Made by a program: the position numbers and the translations under genes | Notes under the pieces: generated by a model | The model's input: only the letters and a program-made list of their open reading frames with translations | Databases searched by the model: none | Told to the model about the DNA's origin: nothing | Shown: positions 35,660 to 45,717 of the stretch, one piece after another | Position numbering within the stretch: the stretch's first letter is position 1 | Layout: each line of letters begins with the position of its first letter | Assembly: GCA_026981985.1 (NCBI GenBank) | Contig: JALSHZ010000036.1 | Coordinates: forward strand, 11,113 to 75,112 | Reading direction: 5' to 3' | DNA: 64,000 bases | Source of the DNA: Gammaproteobacteria bacterium | GTDB taxonomy: Bacteria > Pseudomonadota > Gammaproteobacteria > UWMA-0217

Positions 35660-36245
35660 TGGAACACCTCCATTGCAGGGCTTCGGCAACACGGTGGAGC
35701 TCATCGATACGCGCTGCCATGAGTTCGGTCGCCAGCGCCGGGCTGAAATGCTCGAGCGTCTGCCGGGCATTGTCGGAAATCACCTTGAAGCAGCCGATGT
35801 TGCGCTGCTCGGAAAACCGCAGCGCCGTCTCGACAAATCCTGATGCCTCCATATCCGTCACCCCGTCCTGCCGATACTCAGGATCGGGCGCATCCACGGT
35901 CACGATATCCAGCGCCGGGAGCCCCGTACCACTGCCAGTCAACTGCCAGTAGCAGTCACTGGCCAGATCCGAGACCCGGCCCCCTTCAATCGCGGTGCCA
36001 ATCGGCAAATCACGCTGACCCGCAATACCGGCATTGAGCCAGCAGGCATGCTGCTGCGGTTTCAGCAGCGCCTGCAACCAAGCCGTGGCAGCGGCAGCAG
36101 CCACCTTCCCCTGTCCGGCGACCACCAGACTGACGCCATCGTTGCGATAGATCCTGAAACCAGATTTTCGCGATAGCGGTTTCAATCGATAGCGCTCGAT
36201 CAACGGCCGCGCTTCAGCCATCCAGGCGACGACAATGTTAATCAA
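35649..36245 (-). CDS. Nucleoside-phosphorylase-superfamily (PNP_UDP_1-like) protein
   Basis: ORF 35649..36347 trimmed to TTG 36245 (AAGGAG SD 6 nt upstream). INIVVAWMAEARPL..., LVVAGQGKVAAAAAT, NAGIAG and DMEASG resemble MTA/SAH nucleosidase, HpnG and MqnB-type proteins. Confidence 0.65.
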   Translation of the reverse strand: MINIVVAWMAEARPLIERYRLKPLSRKSGFRIYRNDGVSLVVAGQGKVAAAAATAWLQALLKPQQHACWLNAGIAGQRDLPIGTAIEGGRVSDLASDCYWQLTGSGTGLPALDIVTVDAPDPEYRQDGVTDMEASGFVETALRFSEQRNIGCFKVISDNARQTLEHFSPALATELMAARIDELHRVAEALQWRCSSVE

Positions 36246-37110
36246 CGGCGGCTCCTTGGGCGGAAGCAATGGATTGATACCTGCGTGCCAACGCCTCATA
36301 ACTGGCAGCACGTTCGGCAGCACCCCGCTTGGTCGCACCCAACGCAAGGATGCGGCACTTTTCGATCAGCATATCGGCGGTAGCCGCAGCATCCGGCGCT
36401 GCCAGCACCCCCGATTGCAACATCTTTTCCAGCGCCTTCACGCGGAAACGGTCCATACCCCAGTGACGGCGGGAAAGCTGGTCGTCATGGCCGCCATACT
36501 TGATGATCTGAGCCTGCTCGACAAATGCCACCGGCTCGCGAGCGCAGATGCGCAGCCATAGGTCGTAGTCTTCACAGGCGGGCAGCGACTCATCGAAACC
36601 GCCGTAGCTGTGAAAAACATCCCGATGGATGACAACCGAAGACGGAGAAATCACGCATAGCGGCAGACAACGCTGATATATCCAGCCACCACTCTTGCCG
36701 TGTTTGCGCATTGCATTGACCCGCTTGCCGTTGCGAATCCATATTTCCTCGGTATGGCACAATCGACAGCCCGCCGATTGCTGTAATGCTTGATGCTGGG
36801 CTTCGAGCTTGCCGGGCAACCATTCATCGTCGGAATCGAGGAATGCCAGCCATGTTCCGGTCGCGGTGGCGATACCGAGATTGCGCGCCGCGCTCACCCC
36901 CCGATTCTGCTGCACAAGATAGCGGCACTGCGGAAAATCACGCCGAACCAACGCCGCCGTACCATCGCTTGAACCATCGTCCACAACAATCACCTCTTCC
37001 GGCACCAGGGTCTGTCTCAGCACCGATTCGATAGCACGCCCCAGCACGGCTTCACGGTTGTAGCTGGGAATGATGACGGAAACGGGAAACTTCACGGCTG
37101 GATATCGCAT
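36238..37110 (-). CDS. Family-2 glycosyltransferase
   Basis: ORF 36238..37227 trimmed to ATG 37110. Motifs VSVIIPSYNREAVLGRAIESVLRQT and VIVVDDGSSDGT, plus the DSDD motif. Confidence 0.85.
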   Translation of the reverse strand: MRYPAVKFPVSVIIPSYNREAVLGRAIESVLRQTLVPEEVIVVDDGSSDGTAALVRRDFPQCRYLVQQNRGVSAARNLGIATATGTWLAFLDSDDEWLPGKLEAQHQALQQSAGCRLCHTEEIWIRNGKRVNAMRKHGKSGGWIYQRCLPLCVISPSSVVIHRDVFHSYGGFDESLPACEDYDLWLRICAREPVAFVEQAQIIKYGGHDDQLSRRHWGMDRFRVKALEKMLQSGVLAAPDAAATADMLIEKCRILALGATKRGAAERAASYEALARRYQSIASAQGAAVD

Positions 37111-37200
37111 TTGCTGGGTCTGGCGAGATTCTACCGTGGTAGGGGCATCAGCGCGCGAGTGTGTAGAGAAGTAAAAAGCGGGGTCTGGGCGACCACTCAA

Positions 37201-37228
37201 CATGATTGGGAAATATTTCCCAATCATG
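37201..37228. promoter_or_regulatory. Perfect 28-bp palindrome (operator candidate) in a divergent promoter region
   Basis: CATGATTGGGAAAT|ATTTCCCAATCATG, 14+14 nt with no mismatch. It lies 91 nt upstream of the GT2 start (minus strand) and 36 nt upstream of the 37264 start (plus strand). Confidence 0.6.
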
Positions 37229-37263
37229 GGACAATACCCCCTATTTCACCAACCATCTGCACC

Positions 37264-38082
37264 ATGCCCAGCAACACCCTGCAACAAGTCGTTTTGCGTA
37301 TGCTGCGGCCACTTATCCGCCTGCTGCTGCGGCATGGCGTGGCGCATGCAACGCTGGCGCAGTGGCTGAAGCAGCTCTATGTGGACACAGCGGCATCCGA
37401 GTTTGCACTGGAGGGGCGCAAGCTGTCGATTTCTCGTATTGCGCTGGTCACGGGAATCAACCGCAAAGAGGTCAAACGGCTGCTCGACGAGCCACCAGCA
37501 CCGGATGCACACCAGACAAAGCACAATCGCAGCGCACGCATCATCCATGGCTGGCGCAACGACAGAGACTTTACCGACGCCGCTAGCCATCCGCTGGAAC
37601 TGCCTTTCAGCGGCGGCGAGCACGATTTCACCACCCTGGTGAAGCGCTATAGCGGCGACATTCCGGCGCGGGCTGTACTCGATGAACTGATCCGCACCGG
37701 CATCGTGGAAAACACAGCGGGCGGCACACTGCGCCTGCTGAAGCCCGGCTATGTACCCTGTCACAGCGATGAGGAGATGCTGCAATTGGCAGGCGACAGC
37801 GTGCGCGACCTGCTGGAGACGATCGACCACAATCTTCAGTCATCCGGGGAAACATCGCGGCTGCAACTCAGCGTGGTCTACGACAATCTGCCCGAAGAAG
37901 CCGTGCTGGAATTCCGTACGTTGAGTCGGCAGCGAGCCATGGCGCTGCTGGAAGAGATGGATGCCTTTCTCAGTCAGCACGATCGTGACAGCAACCCCAC
38001 GGCACAAGGCAAAGGCACGTACAGGGCGGGCCTCGGCGTCTACTATTTCGAGGATCGCGGGAGAGAGGAAGATGACAACTGA
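37264..38082 (+). CDS. Hypothetical protein with probable helix-turn-helix segment
   Basis: ORF 37111..38082 trimmed to ATG 37264 (MPSNTLQQVVLRMLRPLIRLLLRHGV...). LSISRIALVTGINRKEVKRLL looks like an HTH. Confidence 0.6.
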   Translation: MPSNTLQQVVLRMLRPLIRLLLRHGVAHATLAQWLKQLYVDTAASEFALEGRKLSISRIALVTGINRKEVKRLLDEPPAPDAHQTKHNRSARIIHGWRNDRDFTDAASHPLELPFSGGEHDFTTLVKRYSGDIPARAVLDELIRTGIVENTAGGTLRLLKPGYVPCHSDEEMLQLAGDSVRDLLETIDHNLQSSGETSRLQLSVVYDNLPEEAVLEFRTLSRQRAMALLEEMDAFLSQHDRDSNPTAQGKGTYRAGLGVYYFEDRGREEDDN

Positions 38083-38692
38083 TTGGCACAGAGCACTGCT
38101 CGCCAGCCTGCTGCTCTCACTGGCGGGCTGCAATGATGGCGGTATCGTCGGTACCGGCACCGGAGACAATGCGGATACACCGCAGATTGCTGGGGATACT
38201 GCCGCTCCCGCAGTCGCTGAAAGCGCGGGTACAGCCTCCTTTCCACTCGACAGCAAGGACCAACAGGCGTTTTGCGCCAGGCTACCGCTGGATATTGCGG
38301 CACAACTAGGCGGATCAAAGACTAGCGTCCCGGCAACATGGAAGGAAGAGGGCCCACGGGCGTTTTCCTGCCGCTGGGAAGTCCCAACTAACACGGGAGT
38401 GACGCAAGTCATTGTCGAGGTCAATGGAGATCCGGCATTTGGCGCCATGCTCGTCAGCAACAGCGAGGGTCGATACAGCGCAGCATCCACCTCGGTGCTG
38501 AACAGTGGCTACAAGATCATCGATGATCCCTGTCTGCACGGGATCGTCATTCCCGCCGGTGAAACATTGTGGGTAACGGTGAGCCGGGAAAATCAGGCGG
38601 CTTGTGCGGCAGGGACGGATCGGGTAACGACGATAGAGACTTTGAACAGCGCGGGTGAGGTGGTTCTGTCGACGTTGGGCAGCACCCCGTAA
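38072..38692 (+). CDS. Hypothetical lipoprotein
   Basis: ORF 37961..38692 trimmed to ATG 38072 (GAGAGGAAG SD). MTTDWHRALLASLLLSLAGC carries a lipobox. Overlaps the previous CDS by 11 nt. Confidence 0.6.
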   Translation: MTTDWHRALLASLLLSLAGCNDGGIVGTGTGDNADTPQIAGDTAAPAVAESAGTASFPLDSKDQQAFCARLPLDIAAQLGGSKTSVPATWKEEGPRAFSCRWEVPTNTGVTQVIVEVNGDPAFGAMLVSNSEGRYSAASTSVLNSGYKIIDDPCLHGIVIPAGETLWVTVSRENQAACAAGTDRVTTIETLNSAGEVVLSTLGSTP

Positions 38693-38734
38693 CAGCAAAG
38701 CCCTCCCCAGCCAGTTGCCGGCGGCGCGAGGAGG

Positions 38735-39562
38735 TTAGCTCGCGAGAGATAGCAGGCGGCGGTGCTGAAGGACGGGAAAGCTGCGGCGTACCCGGCGCAG
38801 ACAATCGAGATTGATATCCCCCAGCACGATGCCCGGTTTGTGGTCGTCCGCTTCGTCCACGACAGCCCCCCAGGGATCGACGATCATGCTGTGACCATAG
38901 GTTGTGCGGCCGTTGACGTGGTATCCACCTTGGGCCGAGGCGACGACATAGCAGAGGTTTTCTACTGCACGGGCGCGCACGAGGATATCCCAGTGCGCCT
39001 TGCCAGTCAGGTCGGTGAATGCGGCTGGCACAAAGATGATCTCTGCGCCTCTGTCCACCAGCTCGCGAAACAGTTCGGGAAACCGCAGGTCATAGCACAC
39101 TGCGAGGCCAATCTTGCCGAATGGCGTATCGACCACCACCGTGCGATCCCCAGGCAAGATGGTTTCGGACTCATTGTAGTTTTCGTCCACACCGGGCAGA
39201 GAAACGTCGAACAGATGCACCTTGTCATAGCGCGCTACCTGCCGCCCTTCATCGTTGTAGATGAAGCTGGACGCATAGACCTTACCCGGCTCTGGCGTTT
39301 CGACGGGCAGCGTACCACCACAGATCCAGACGCCATGCTTGCGGGCATTTTCTGCCAGGAACTCTTGCATCGGGCCACCGTTCGCCGACTCGGCCACCTC
39401 CAGCTTGTCCTGCTCAGTGACCCCCATCAGGCCGAAATTCTCTGGCAACACAACGAAACGCGCGCCCTTGCCGGCAGCTTCCGCGATCAGCTGGCCCGCC
39501 AACAGCAGATTGGCTGTCACCTGCGGGCCAGACGCCATCTGTATTGCTGCAAAAATGCTCAC
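38735..39562 (-). CDS. Carbon-nitrogen hydrolase (nitrilase superfamily, omega-amidase-like)
   Basis: 275 aa with a GTG start. Motifs VVLPENF (catalytic Glu), YDKVHLFD (Lys) and GLAVCYDLRFPE (Cys). Confidence 0.9.
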   Translation of the reverse strand: MSIFAAIQMASGPQVTANLLLAGQLIAEAAGKGARFVVLPENFGLMGVTEQDKLEVAESANGGPMQEFLAENARKHGVWICGGTLPVETPEPGKVYASSFIYNDEGRQVARYDKVHLFDVSLPGVDENYNESETILPGDRTVVVDTPFGKIGLAVCYDLRFPELFRELVDRGAEIIFVPAAFTDLTGKAHWDILVRARAVENLCYVVASAQGGYHVNGRTTYGHSMIVDPWGAVVDEADDHKPGIVLGDINLDCLRRVRRSFPVLQHRRLLSLAS

Positions 39563-39712
39563 TGCACCGTCCTATAATTTCCGTGTGTCTTATTGATATA
39601 GCAGGCTATCGCCAAAAGCTAGCAACTTTCACAGCGGAACGCTAACCATCAGCAAACGCTTTGTGATCCGGGCTCGGCAGTTTTCGTCAGAACCGTGTTC
39701 GCCGTCGCTACC

Positions 39713-42700
39713 TTATTCCAGAAGATCAAGCACCCCGTCCTCTTCGGCATCGTCCAGCTCCGGGCGCAGTGCGACGATCTGCGGCGCATCCCAGTTGCCG
39801 GTGACGGTATAGTCCAGCGCCACCGACCGATCGACATCGACGCCCACCCCCTTGGCGAGCTTATCCAGAATAAAAACCACCACACCAGCTTGCGGCCCGG
39901 CGATCAACCCGGCCGCAAGGGGCGCTGACGCTGTCAGATTGGGCACGACCCGAAGAGCAAGGTCGTAGCTTCGCTGGATCAAATCCGCCTTGCCTTTCAG
40001 CTCAAAGCTGGCGACCGGCCCATAAATCAGCAGATCATTGGTTTCGAGAACACCCGCCTCGATATGCGCGGAACCCTGGAGCTTTTCATAGAAAAAGCCA
40101 TCCTTTTCCATGTCCTTGAAGTTGAGCGCCAGCCGGCGTGGCAGATAATCGAGGCTCAACAAGCCGATCAGCCTGCCAAGCCCCGGCTCGACCTTGCGCA
40201 ACCAGCCATCACGCAGATCCACCTTCAAATCGGCTTCGACGCTGGCCAGCGAATAGCGGGCCGGAGACCCCGGCCAGGAGAGCATTCCCGACAACGTACC
40301 GCTGCCACTGCCGAGGCTCTCGCCAAACGCAAAGGCTTTGAGTACCTTGCCCACATCCTTGCCCTTCGCGGTGAACCTGGCCGTCGTATGCTCCGCGCTC
40401 GGCGACCAGTGCCAAAAGCCGCTGGCATCGACATCGAGATATTCGGTTGCTAGCGCGAGGCGGCTGACCTCCATTCCCGTCTTCCGTGGCAAGGTATTGA
40501 GCCGAAAATCCCGAAACGCCAAATTTCCCCAGCGCAACTGGGCGCTCTGCACTTCCAGCGGCGGCAGCACCCGGGGGTCGAATTCCGCCTGCACCTGCGC
40601 CTGATCCTCGCCACGCCGGAGTACGAGCCGATCAAGGCGCGCCCGCAGCGGGGCACGGCCAAGCGGCAGAGGAGCGACAATATCACCAGCGAGGCTCTCC
40701 GCATCGAGTGACAACTGCCATTCTCTGTCCAGCTTTTGTGCCCGCAGCGATAACTGTTCGAATGTTTGCGCCGCAAGCCGAAAACGATCGACGGTAACGT
40801 CGATATCATCGACCTTGTCGAGCAGATTCTCATCCGCCTTCGGCTGCCCCGCATAACGGCGGATGACATCAGCCCAGGCTGCCACATCGACCTCGGGCCA
40901 CCGCCCCGCCACCTTGATGCCCTGTTGCGGCAGGCTGACGGAGCCACCCTGCAATCCGACTGCCGCCCGGTTCACGGTAAAGCGGGGCTGCGTTTGCATC
41001 TCCGCCTCGATTTCGAACAATCCGGGCACCGCCGCCCGGAGCAGCGGCGGTGACGAAAAATGGTATTCCACGGCCAGATTCCGCTGCGCAGCAGCATCCT
41101 TGTACAGCGGCGCTGGCAGATCGACCGTAACCCCCGCTAGCGTCGATGTCACCGCCAGCCAAGGCGCGTGTTTTTCCTCAGCCTGCTGCCGGCGCGGAAT
41201 ATGCAGAACCCCTTGCCAGGCGGCCGTGCCGGAGGTGACGGGTTCGATGATCTTGCGTTGCTGCGGCAGCAGATCCGCCGGCGCCCAGACCCCCGCCATA
41301 TCGACCAGAACTGTACCGTCATCTGCTGTGGACACCGTCGCTTCGACGGGCGCATTACGAAAGACCGCCGTCAGCGAACGGGAAGAGAAGTCGGTATTAT
41401 GGAAATTCAGCCACCCCTTGAGTTCGGTGATCTGCACATCCTGCGCGGGAATGGCCGCCTCGCAGCGCTGCAACTCGATGACGCCGCGGCTACGCGTGAC
41501 TTTTTTGAGTTTTTTCGACAACGTTAGCAACAAGTCGAGATCAATCGCCACCGGCCCCGATGAAGTCACGCGACCAAGAAATTCATCCAGATTTTTTCCC
41601 AGCGGGCTTTGGCGGACAAAGGTCAATGCCTGTGGCAACGTGCCTTTGGCCTTCCCCGTAACCGCAAGACGCGCGCGAAAAAGATCATCGATCAACACAT
41701 CGGCTTCGGTAATGGTCGCGCCGAGCACTTTCCCGCTGACAACGGTCGCCGTCAGCTTACTGTTGTCGAATTGCGCACGCCCGTTCAGAGATAACAGACC
41801 GGGCCAACGTTCATGATAATCGAAGGATGCATTACGCACGTCGAAATCCGCATGCATTTTCGCGATTCCCTTTTTGAAAGCCGTCTTGCGCAACGGCCCG
41901 CCATAGCTGAAGCGGATATTTTCTGCCTGCCCATCGACAAACGCACGACGCAGCCATCGACCGATTTTTTTCGGTACGATCCGATAGGGAATATAATGCG
42001 ATACACGTGCCAGCGGCATCGATGGCACGATCATCTCCAGTGTCAGCGCCGGATATGCTTCGCCTTTGCCCAACTGCAAGCTTCCACCACCGCGTGCAAC
42101 AAAATCAGCATTTGCGAGAATCAGGTTTTCCATGGAAATATCCCAGATATCATCCATTTTCTGCCAGCTGATCTCGCCATGCAGGCTTTGCGCATCGAGC
42201 ATTTCCGGAAACAGGCGTGGAAAATCCACTTCGAGCCCGGTGCTGTCGACACGCGCCACGCCCCGCTCGGCCGTGGCGAGAACATCACCGGAAATATGGC
42301 TGATGCCGGGAATATGGTCGAGCGCATCCCAGCCCAGTTCATCGAAGCTCGCCTTGAAAGCAAACTTCTCCAGGGACTCGAAACTGCGCGGCAAGGAAAA
42401 GTCGATACCACGCAACTCCCCAACCGGGCGCAGACGCTGCAACCATTCGAGCAGCTGATCCGGCAACCCCGGCATCAGTGTTGCTATCGTGCGAACACTC
42501 TCGATATCGATATAGTCGACAACACCGAAATAAGCACCCACATCCTGATCCCAGGCGAGACTCAAGCCGCCTTCCGGCCAGTGTTTTTGCGGCGTCACCA
42601 CCCGCAACTGATCCATGTCCAGGCGCCAGCTCTGAAAATCCCCGGACAGGCGCAGATCGGCCGCCAGTTCATCGATAAAACCAAAACGCGCAGCGGTTTT

Positions 42701-43582
42701 TTCGCCCTGTTTCGGCGTCGCATCGACACGCACATCGTGCAAAGCAATGCTTCCCTGCACGTCGAACCCAGTATCACGAAAGCTGCTGCCCCACAGCTTG
42801 AGATCCAGCGTGCCGGAACCCGCCTGGGACAGCACCCCCTGACGCAGATAAGGCACACCGCCCAGGTTGATTTCCCTGCCCTGAACAAAATAGTGGCTGT
42901 TCCAGTCACGTGGCGAGTCGAGTGGACCTTCGGCGACGAGTTTTACTTCAAGGCTGTCCCCCACCGACTTGGGCGGCAGAATTTCTGCTTCCAGCGCCAG
43001 CGCATCCTGACCGACATAGAGGTCGAGGTCGGACGTGATAAAACGGTATTGTCGATCACGCTGGCGATCGTCCCATTCGACAACAATATCCGCCAGCTCC
43101 AGGCGCATGCCGCGAAAGCGTTCTAGCACTTTATTCAGCGACGGATTTTCTTCACCATTGCGCCCCGAAAATCCATAGGCAGATATTTTTCCATCAGTGC
43201 CACGGACGATCTTGATATGGCTGCCAGAAAAACGCACCACATCCGCTTCCGGTCGGCGGCGAAGCAGCGTTTTCCAGGGATTGAACCAGACCTCCATTTC
43301 AGCAAAATGTAGAATGGGTGTATTGGTTTCGGGGTCGGAAATCTCCACATCACGGAAGGTCAGCAGCGGCTTTAATTTGAAACCTTCCCAGCGAATGTCG
43401 ATGTGACCGATTTTAAGGGGGTGACGGATGACCGTAGATATTTTTTCGGCAATCACATCGCGATAGTCGTTGGCCAACGGCATTAGCAATGTCAGCAGGA
43501 TCAGCAGTAACCCCACCAGCACGGCCAGAGAGACGAGCTGTTTCAGTCCGTGCCAACAACCTCCCTTGAGAACGACCTTCAT
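39713..43582 (-). CDS. yhdP: YhdP-family (DUF3971/AsmA-like) large envelope protein
   Basis: 1289 aa with an N-terminal TM anchor. Size and position directly downstream of rng-maf match the conserved maf-rng-yhdP arrangement. Confidence 0.85.
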   Translation of the reverse strand: MKVVLKGGCWHGLKQLVSLAVLVGLLLILLTLLMPLANDYRDVIAEKISTVIRHPLKIGHIDIRWEGFKLKPLLTFRDVEISDPETNTPILHFAEMEVWFNPWKTLLRRRPEADVVRFSGSHIKIVRGTDGKISAYGFSGRNGEENPSLNKVLERFRGMRLELADIVVEWDDRQRDRQYRFITSDLDLYVGQDALALEAEILPPKSVGDSLEVKLVAEGPLDSPRDWNSHYFVQGREINLGGVPYLRQGVLSQAGSGTLDLKLWGSSFRDTGFDVQGSIALHDVRVDATPKQGEKTAARFGFIDELAADLRLSGDFQSWRLDMDQLRVVTPQKHWPEGGLSLAWDQDVGAYFGVVDYIDIESVRTIATLMPGLPDQLLEWLQRLRPVGELRGIDFSLPRSFESLEKFAFKASFDELGWDALDHIPGISHISGDVLATAERGVARVDSTGLEVDFPRLFPEMLDAQSLHGEISWQKMDDIWDISMENLILANADFVARGGGSLQLGKGEAYPALTLEMIVPSMPLARVSHYIPYRIVPKKIGRWLRRAFVDGQAENIRFSYGGPLRKTAFKKGIAKMHADFDVRNASFDYHERWPGLLSLNGRAQFDNSKLTATVVSGKVLGATITEADVLIDDLFRARLAVTGKAKGTLPQALTFVRQSPLGKNLDEFLGRVTSSGPVAIDLDLLLTLSKKLKKVTRSRGVIELQRCEAAIPAQDVQITELKGWLNFHNTDFSSRSLTAVFRNAPVEATVSTADDGTVLVDMAGVWAPADLLPQQRKIIEPVTSGTAAWQGVLHIPRRQQAEEKHAPWLAVTSTLAGVTVDLPAPLYKDAAAQRNLAVEYHFSSPPLLRAAVPGLFEIEAEMQTQPRFTVNRAAVGLQGGSVSLPQQGIKVAGRWPEVDVAAWADVIRRYAGQPKADENLLDKVDDIDVTVDRFRLAAQTFEQLSLRAQKLDREWQLSLDAESLAGDIVAPLPLGRAPLRARLDRLVLRRGEDQAQVQAEFDPRVLPPLEVQSAQLRWGNLAFRDFRLNTLPRKTGMEVSRLALATEYLDVDASGFWHWSPSAEHTTARFTAKGKDVGKVLKAFAFGESLGSGSGTLSGMLSWPGSPARYSLASVEADLKVDLRDGWLRKVEPGLGRLIGLLSLDYLPRRLALNFKDMEKDGFFYEKLQGSAHIEAGVLETNDLLIYGPVASFELKGKADLIQRSYDLALRVVPNLTASAPLAAGLIAGPQAGVVVFILDKLAKGVGVDVDRSVALDYTVTGNWDAPQIVALRPELDDAEEDGVLDLLE

Positions 43583-43601
43583 CGGGTGTCAGACCGGCAT
43601 A

Positions 43602-45071
43602 TCAGAGCGGCACCACATCGAATTGATCCTGAATATACTGGCTTTCGACATGGTACTTGATGGGAATATCGATAAATTCCTGCAACTCGGCAAGGCTCGC
43701 CGACTCTTCGTCCAGCAAAAGATCGACAATTTCCTGCGAGCCGAGCACCAGCAGTTCGCGCGCATCATACTGGCGTGATTCACGCAGAATTTCGCGGAAC
43801 AGGTCGTAGCAGGCCGATTCAGCCGTTTTCATATACCCCTTGCCCTTGCAGTAGGGGCAAGGTTCGCAAAGCACGTGCTCCAGGCTTTCGCGGGTACGCT
43901 TGCGCGTCATTTCGACCAACCCCAGCGGCGACACATCGCAAATCTGGCTGCGAGCATGATCTCGATCCATCGCCTTTTCCAGCGCACGCAACACCTGGCG
44001 CCGATGCTCAGGCTCGGCCATGTCGATAAAGTCGATAATGATAATGCCGCCGAGATTGCGCAGCCGGAGCTGACGCGCAATCGCCTGCGCCGCTTCAAGA
44101 TTGGTCTTGTAGATGGTCTCTTCCAGATTACGCGAACCGACGAAACCACCGGTGTTGACGTCGATCGTGGTCATCGACTCGGTCTGGTCGAAGATCAGAT
44201 AACCGCCGGATTTGAGCATCACCTTGCGCTCCAGCGCCTTGGCGATTTCATCCTCGATGTTGTATAGCTCAAAGATGGGGCGCTCGCCCGTGTAGAGTTC
44301 TACACGCCCAGCCATCTCCGGCACATAGGACTCGGCAAACTCCAGCAGTTCCTTGTGGGTGGATTGGGAATCGATCTGCACCTTCTCGCAGTCTTCACCG
44401 ACCATGTCGCGCAGTGTGCGCTTGACCAGCGGCAGATCATGGTAGACACAGGCACCTGCTTTCGCCGACTTGTCTCGTTCCATGATCTTGGCCCAGACAC
44501 GCTGCAGGAAAGCCATGTCCTGGTGCAATTCCTCCGCGTTGACGCCCTCGGCTGCCGTGCGCAGAATGAAACCCATATGGGAATCACCACGCTCTGCCAG
44601 CACCAGCTCACGCAAACGTTCGCGCTCCTCAGCGTCCTCGACGCGGGTCGAGACGCCAATCGAATCGCTGTGAGGCATCAGTACCAGATAGCGCGAAGGA
44701 ATCGTCACCTGCGTCGTCAGCCGTGCGCCCTTGGTGCCAAGCGGATCCTTCACCACCTGAACAAGCACGTGCTGACCTTCATGCAGCATGCTGGAAATCG
44801 ACTGTGGCGTCTCAGGAGCAATACCGCTGGCGTTGGGCGGTGTTTTCGCAATCACATCGGAAACATGCAGGAACGCGGCCTTTTCCAGACCGATATCGAC
44901 AAAAGCCGCCTCCATGCCGGGCAGTACGCGACACACCTTGCCCTTGAATACGTTGCCCACCAGCCCTGACTTGCGGGTACGCTCGATCGCCACCTCCTGC
45001 AGTACGCCATTCTCGACGAAGGCGACACGCGTCTCCTGGGGGGTGACATTGATCAGGACTTCTGTGCTCAT
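43602..45071 (-). CDS. rng: Ribonuclease G
   Basis: 489 aa with an S1 domain (GNVFKGKVCRVLPGMEAAFVDIG) and an RNase E/G catalytic core (GGIIIIDFIDM). Confidence 0.92.
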   Translation of the reverse strand: MSTEVLINVTPQETRVAFVENGVLQEVAIERTRKSGLVGNVFKGKVCRVLPGMEAAFVDIGLEKAAFLHVSDVIAKTPPNASGIAPETPQSISSMLHEGQHVLVQVVKDPLGTKGARLTTQVTIPSRYLVLMPHSDSIGVSTRVEDAEERERLRELVLAERGDSHMGFILRTAAEGVNAEELHQDMAFLQRVWAKIMERDKSAKAGACVYHDLPLVKRTLRDMVGEDCEKVQIDSQSTHKELLEFAESYVPEMAGRVELYTGERPIFELYNIEDEIAKALERKVMLKSGGYLIFDQTESMTTIDVNTGGFVGSRNLEETIYKTNLEAAQAIARQLRLRNLGGIIIIDFIDMAEPEHRRQVLRALEKAMDRDHARSQICDVSPLGLVEMTRKRTRESLEHVLCEPCPYCKGKGYMKTAESACYDLFREILRESRQYDARELLVLGSQEIVDLLLDEESASLAELQEFIDIPIKYHVESQYIQDQFDVVPL

Positions 45072-45125
45072 GAGGGGATCTATCCGCTGCCAGTGGGAAA
45101 GTGCCCCATTATAAAGAATAAGCGC

Positions 45126-45701
45126 TTACAAAACCCTGAACCCACACTCAGCGAGCAACGCGGCCGTTTCCTGCAGTGGCAATCCCATAATGCCTGAATA
45201 GCTACCTTCGATCGACGCAATGAAAACAGCGCCTAATCCCTGGATCGCGTAGCCGCCTGCCTTGTCCACCGGCTCGCCGCTCTGCCAGTAGCGCTGGATC
45301 TCGGCATCGCTCAGCGGCCGGAACGTCACTGCTGAATCCGACAGCCGTGACGACAGCCGGTTACCTTGCCGCAATGCCACAGCCGATAGCACATGATGCG
45401 TCCGCCCAGACAAGCTGCGCAACATGGCGGCGGCATCCGCTTCTGACGCGGGCTTGCCGTAAATCCTGCCCCCCACCACCACGGCGGTGTCCGCGGCAAT
45501 GATCAGCGTATCTTCAGCACCGGCAGGCTCGACTGCCTTGGCTTTCTCTCGCGCCATGCGCAGTACGTATTCCGGTGGGGATTCTGCGGCAAGCACCGAT
45601 TCGTCGATATCAGCGGGCATGATCTCCGCTTCGATACCAATCTGACGTAACAGTTCGACGCGGCGTGGCGAGCGCGAGGCGAGGATGATCTGTGAAGGCA
45701 A
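45126..45701 (-). CDS. maf: Maf-like nucleoside triphosphate pyrophosphatase
   Basis: 191 aa; ILASRSPRRVELL...DKAGGYAIQG. Confidence 0.9.
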   Translation of the reverse strand: MPSQIILASRSPRRVELLRQIGIEAEIMPADIDESVLAAESPPEYVLRMAREKAKAVEPAGAEDTLIIAADTAVVVGGRIYGKPASEADAAAMLRSLSGRTHHVLSAVALRQGNRLSSRLSDSAVTFRPLSDAEIQRYWQSGEPVDKAGGYAIQGLGAVFIASIEGSYSGIMGLPLQETAALLAECGFRVL

Positions 45702-45717
45702 AACCGAAAACTCCAGG

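Noticed and set aside
41813-43126. 437-aa plus-strand ORF antisense to yhdP
   Set aside because: Shadow ORF inside a 1289-aa conserved gene.
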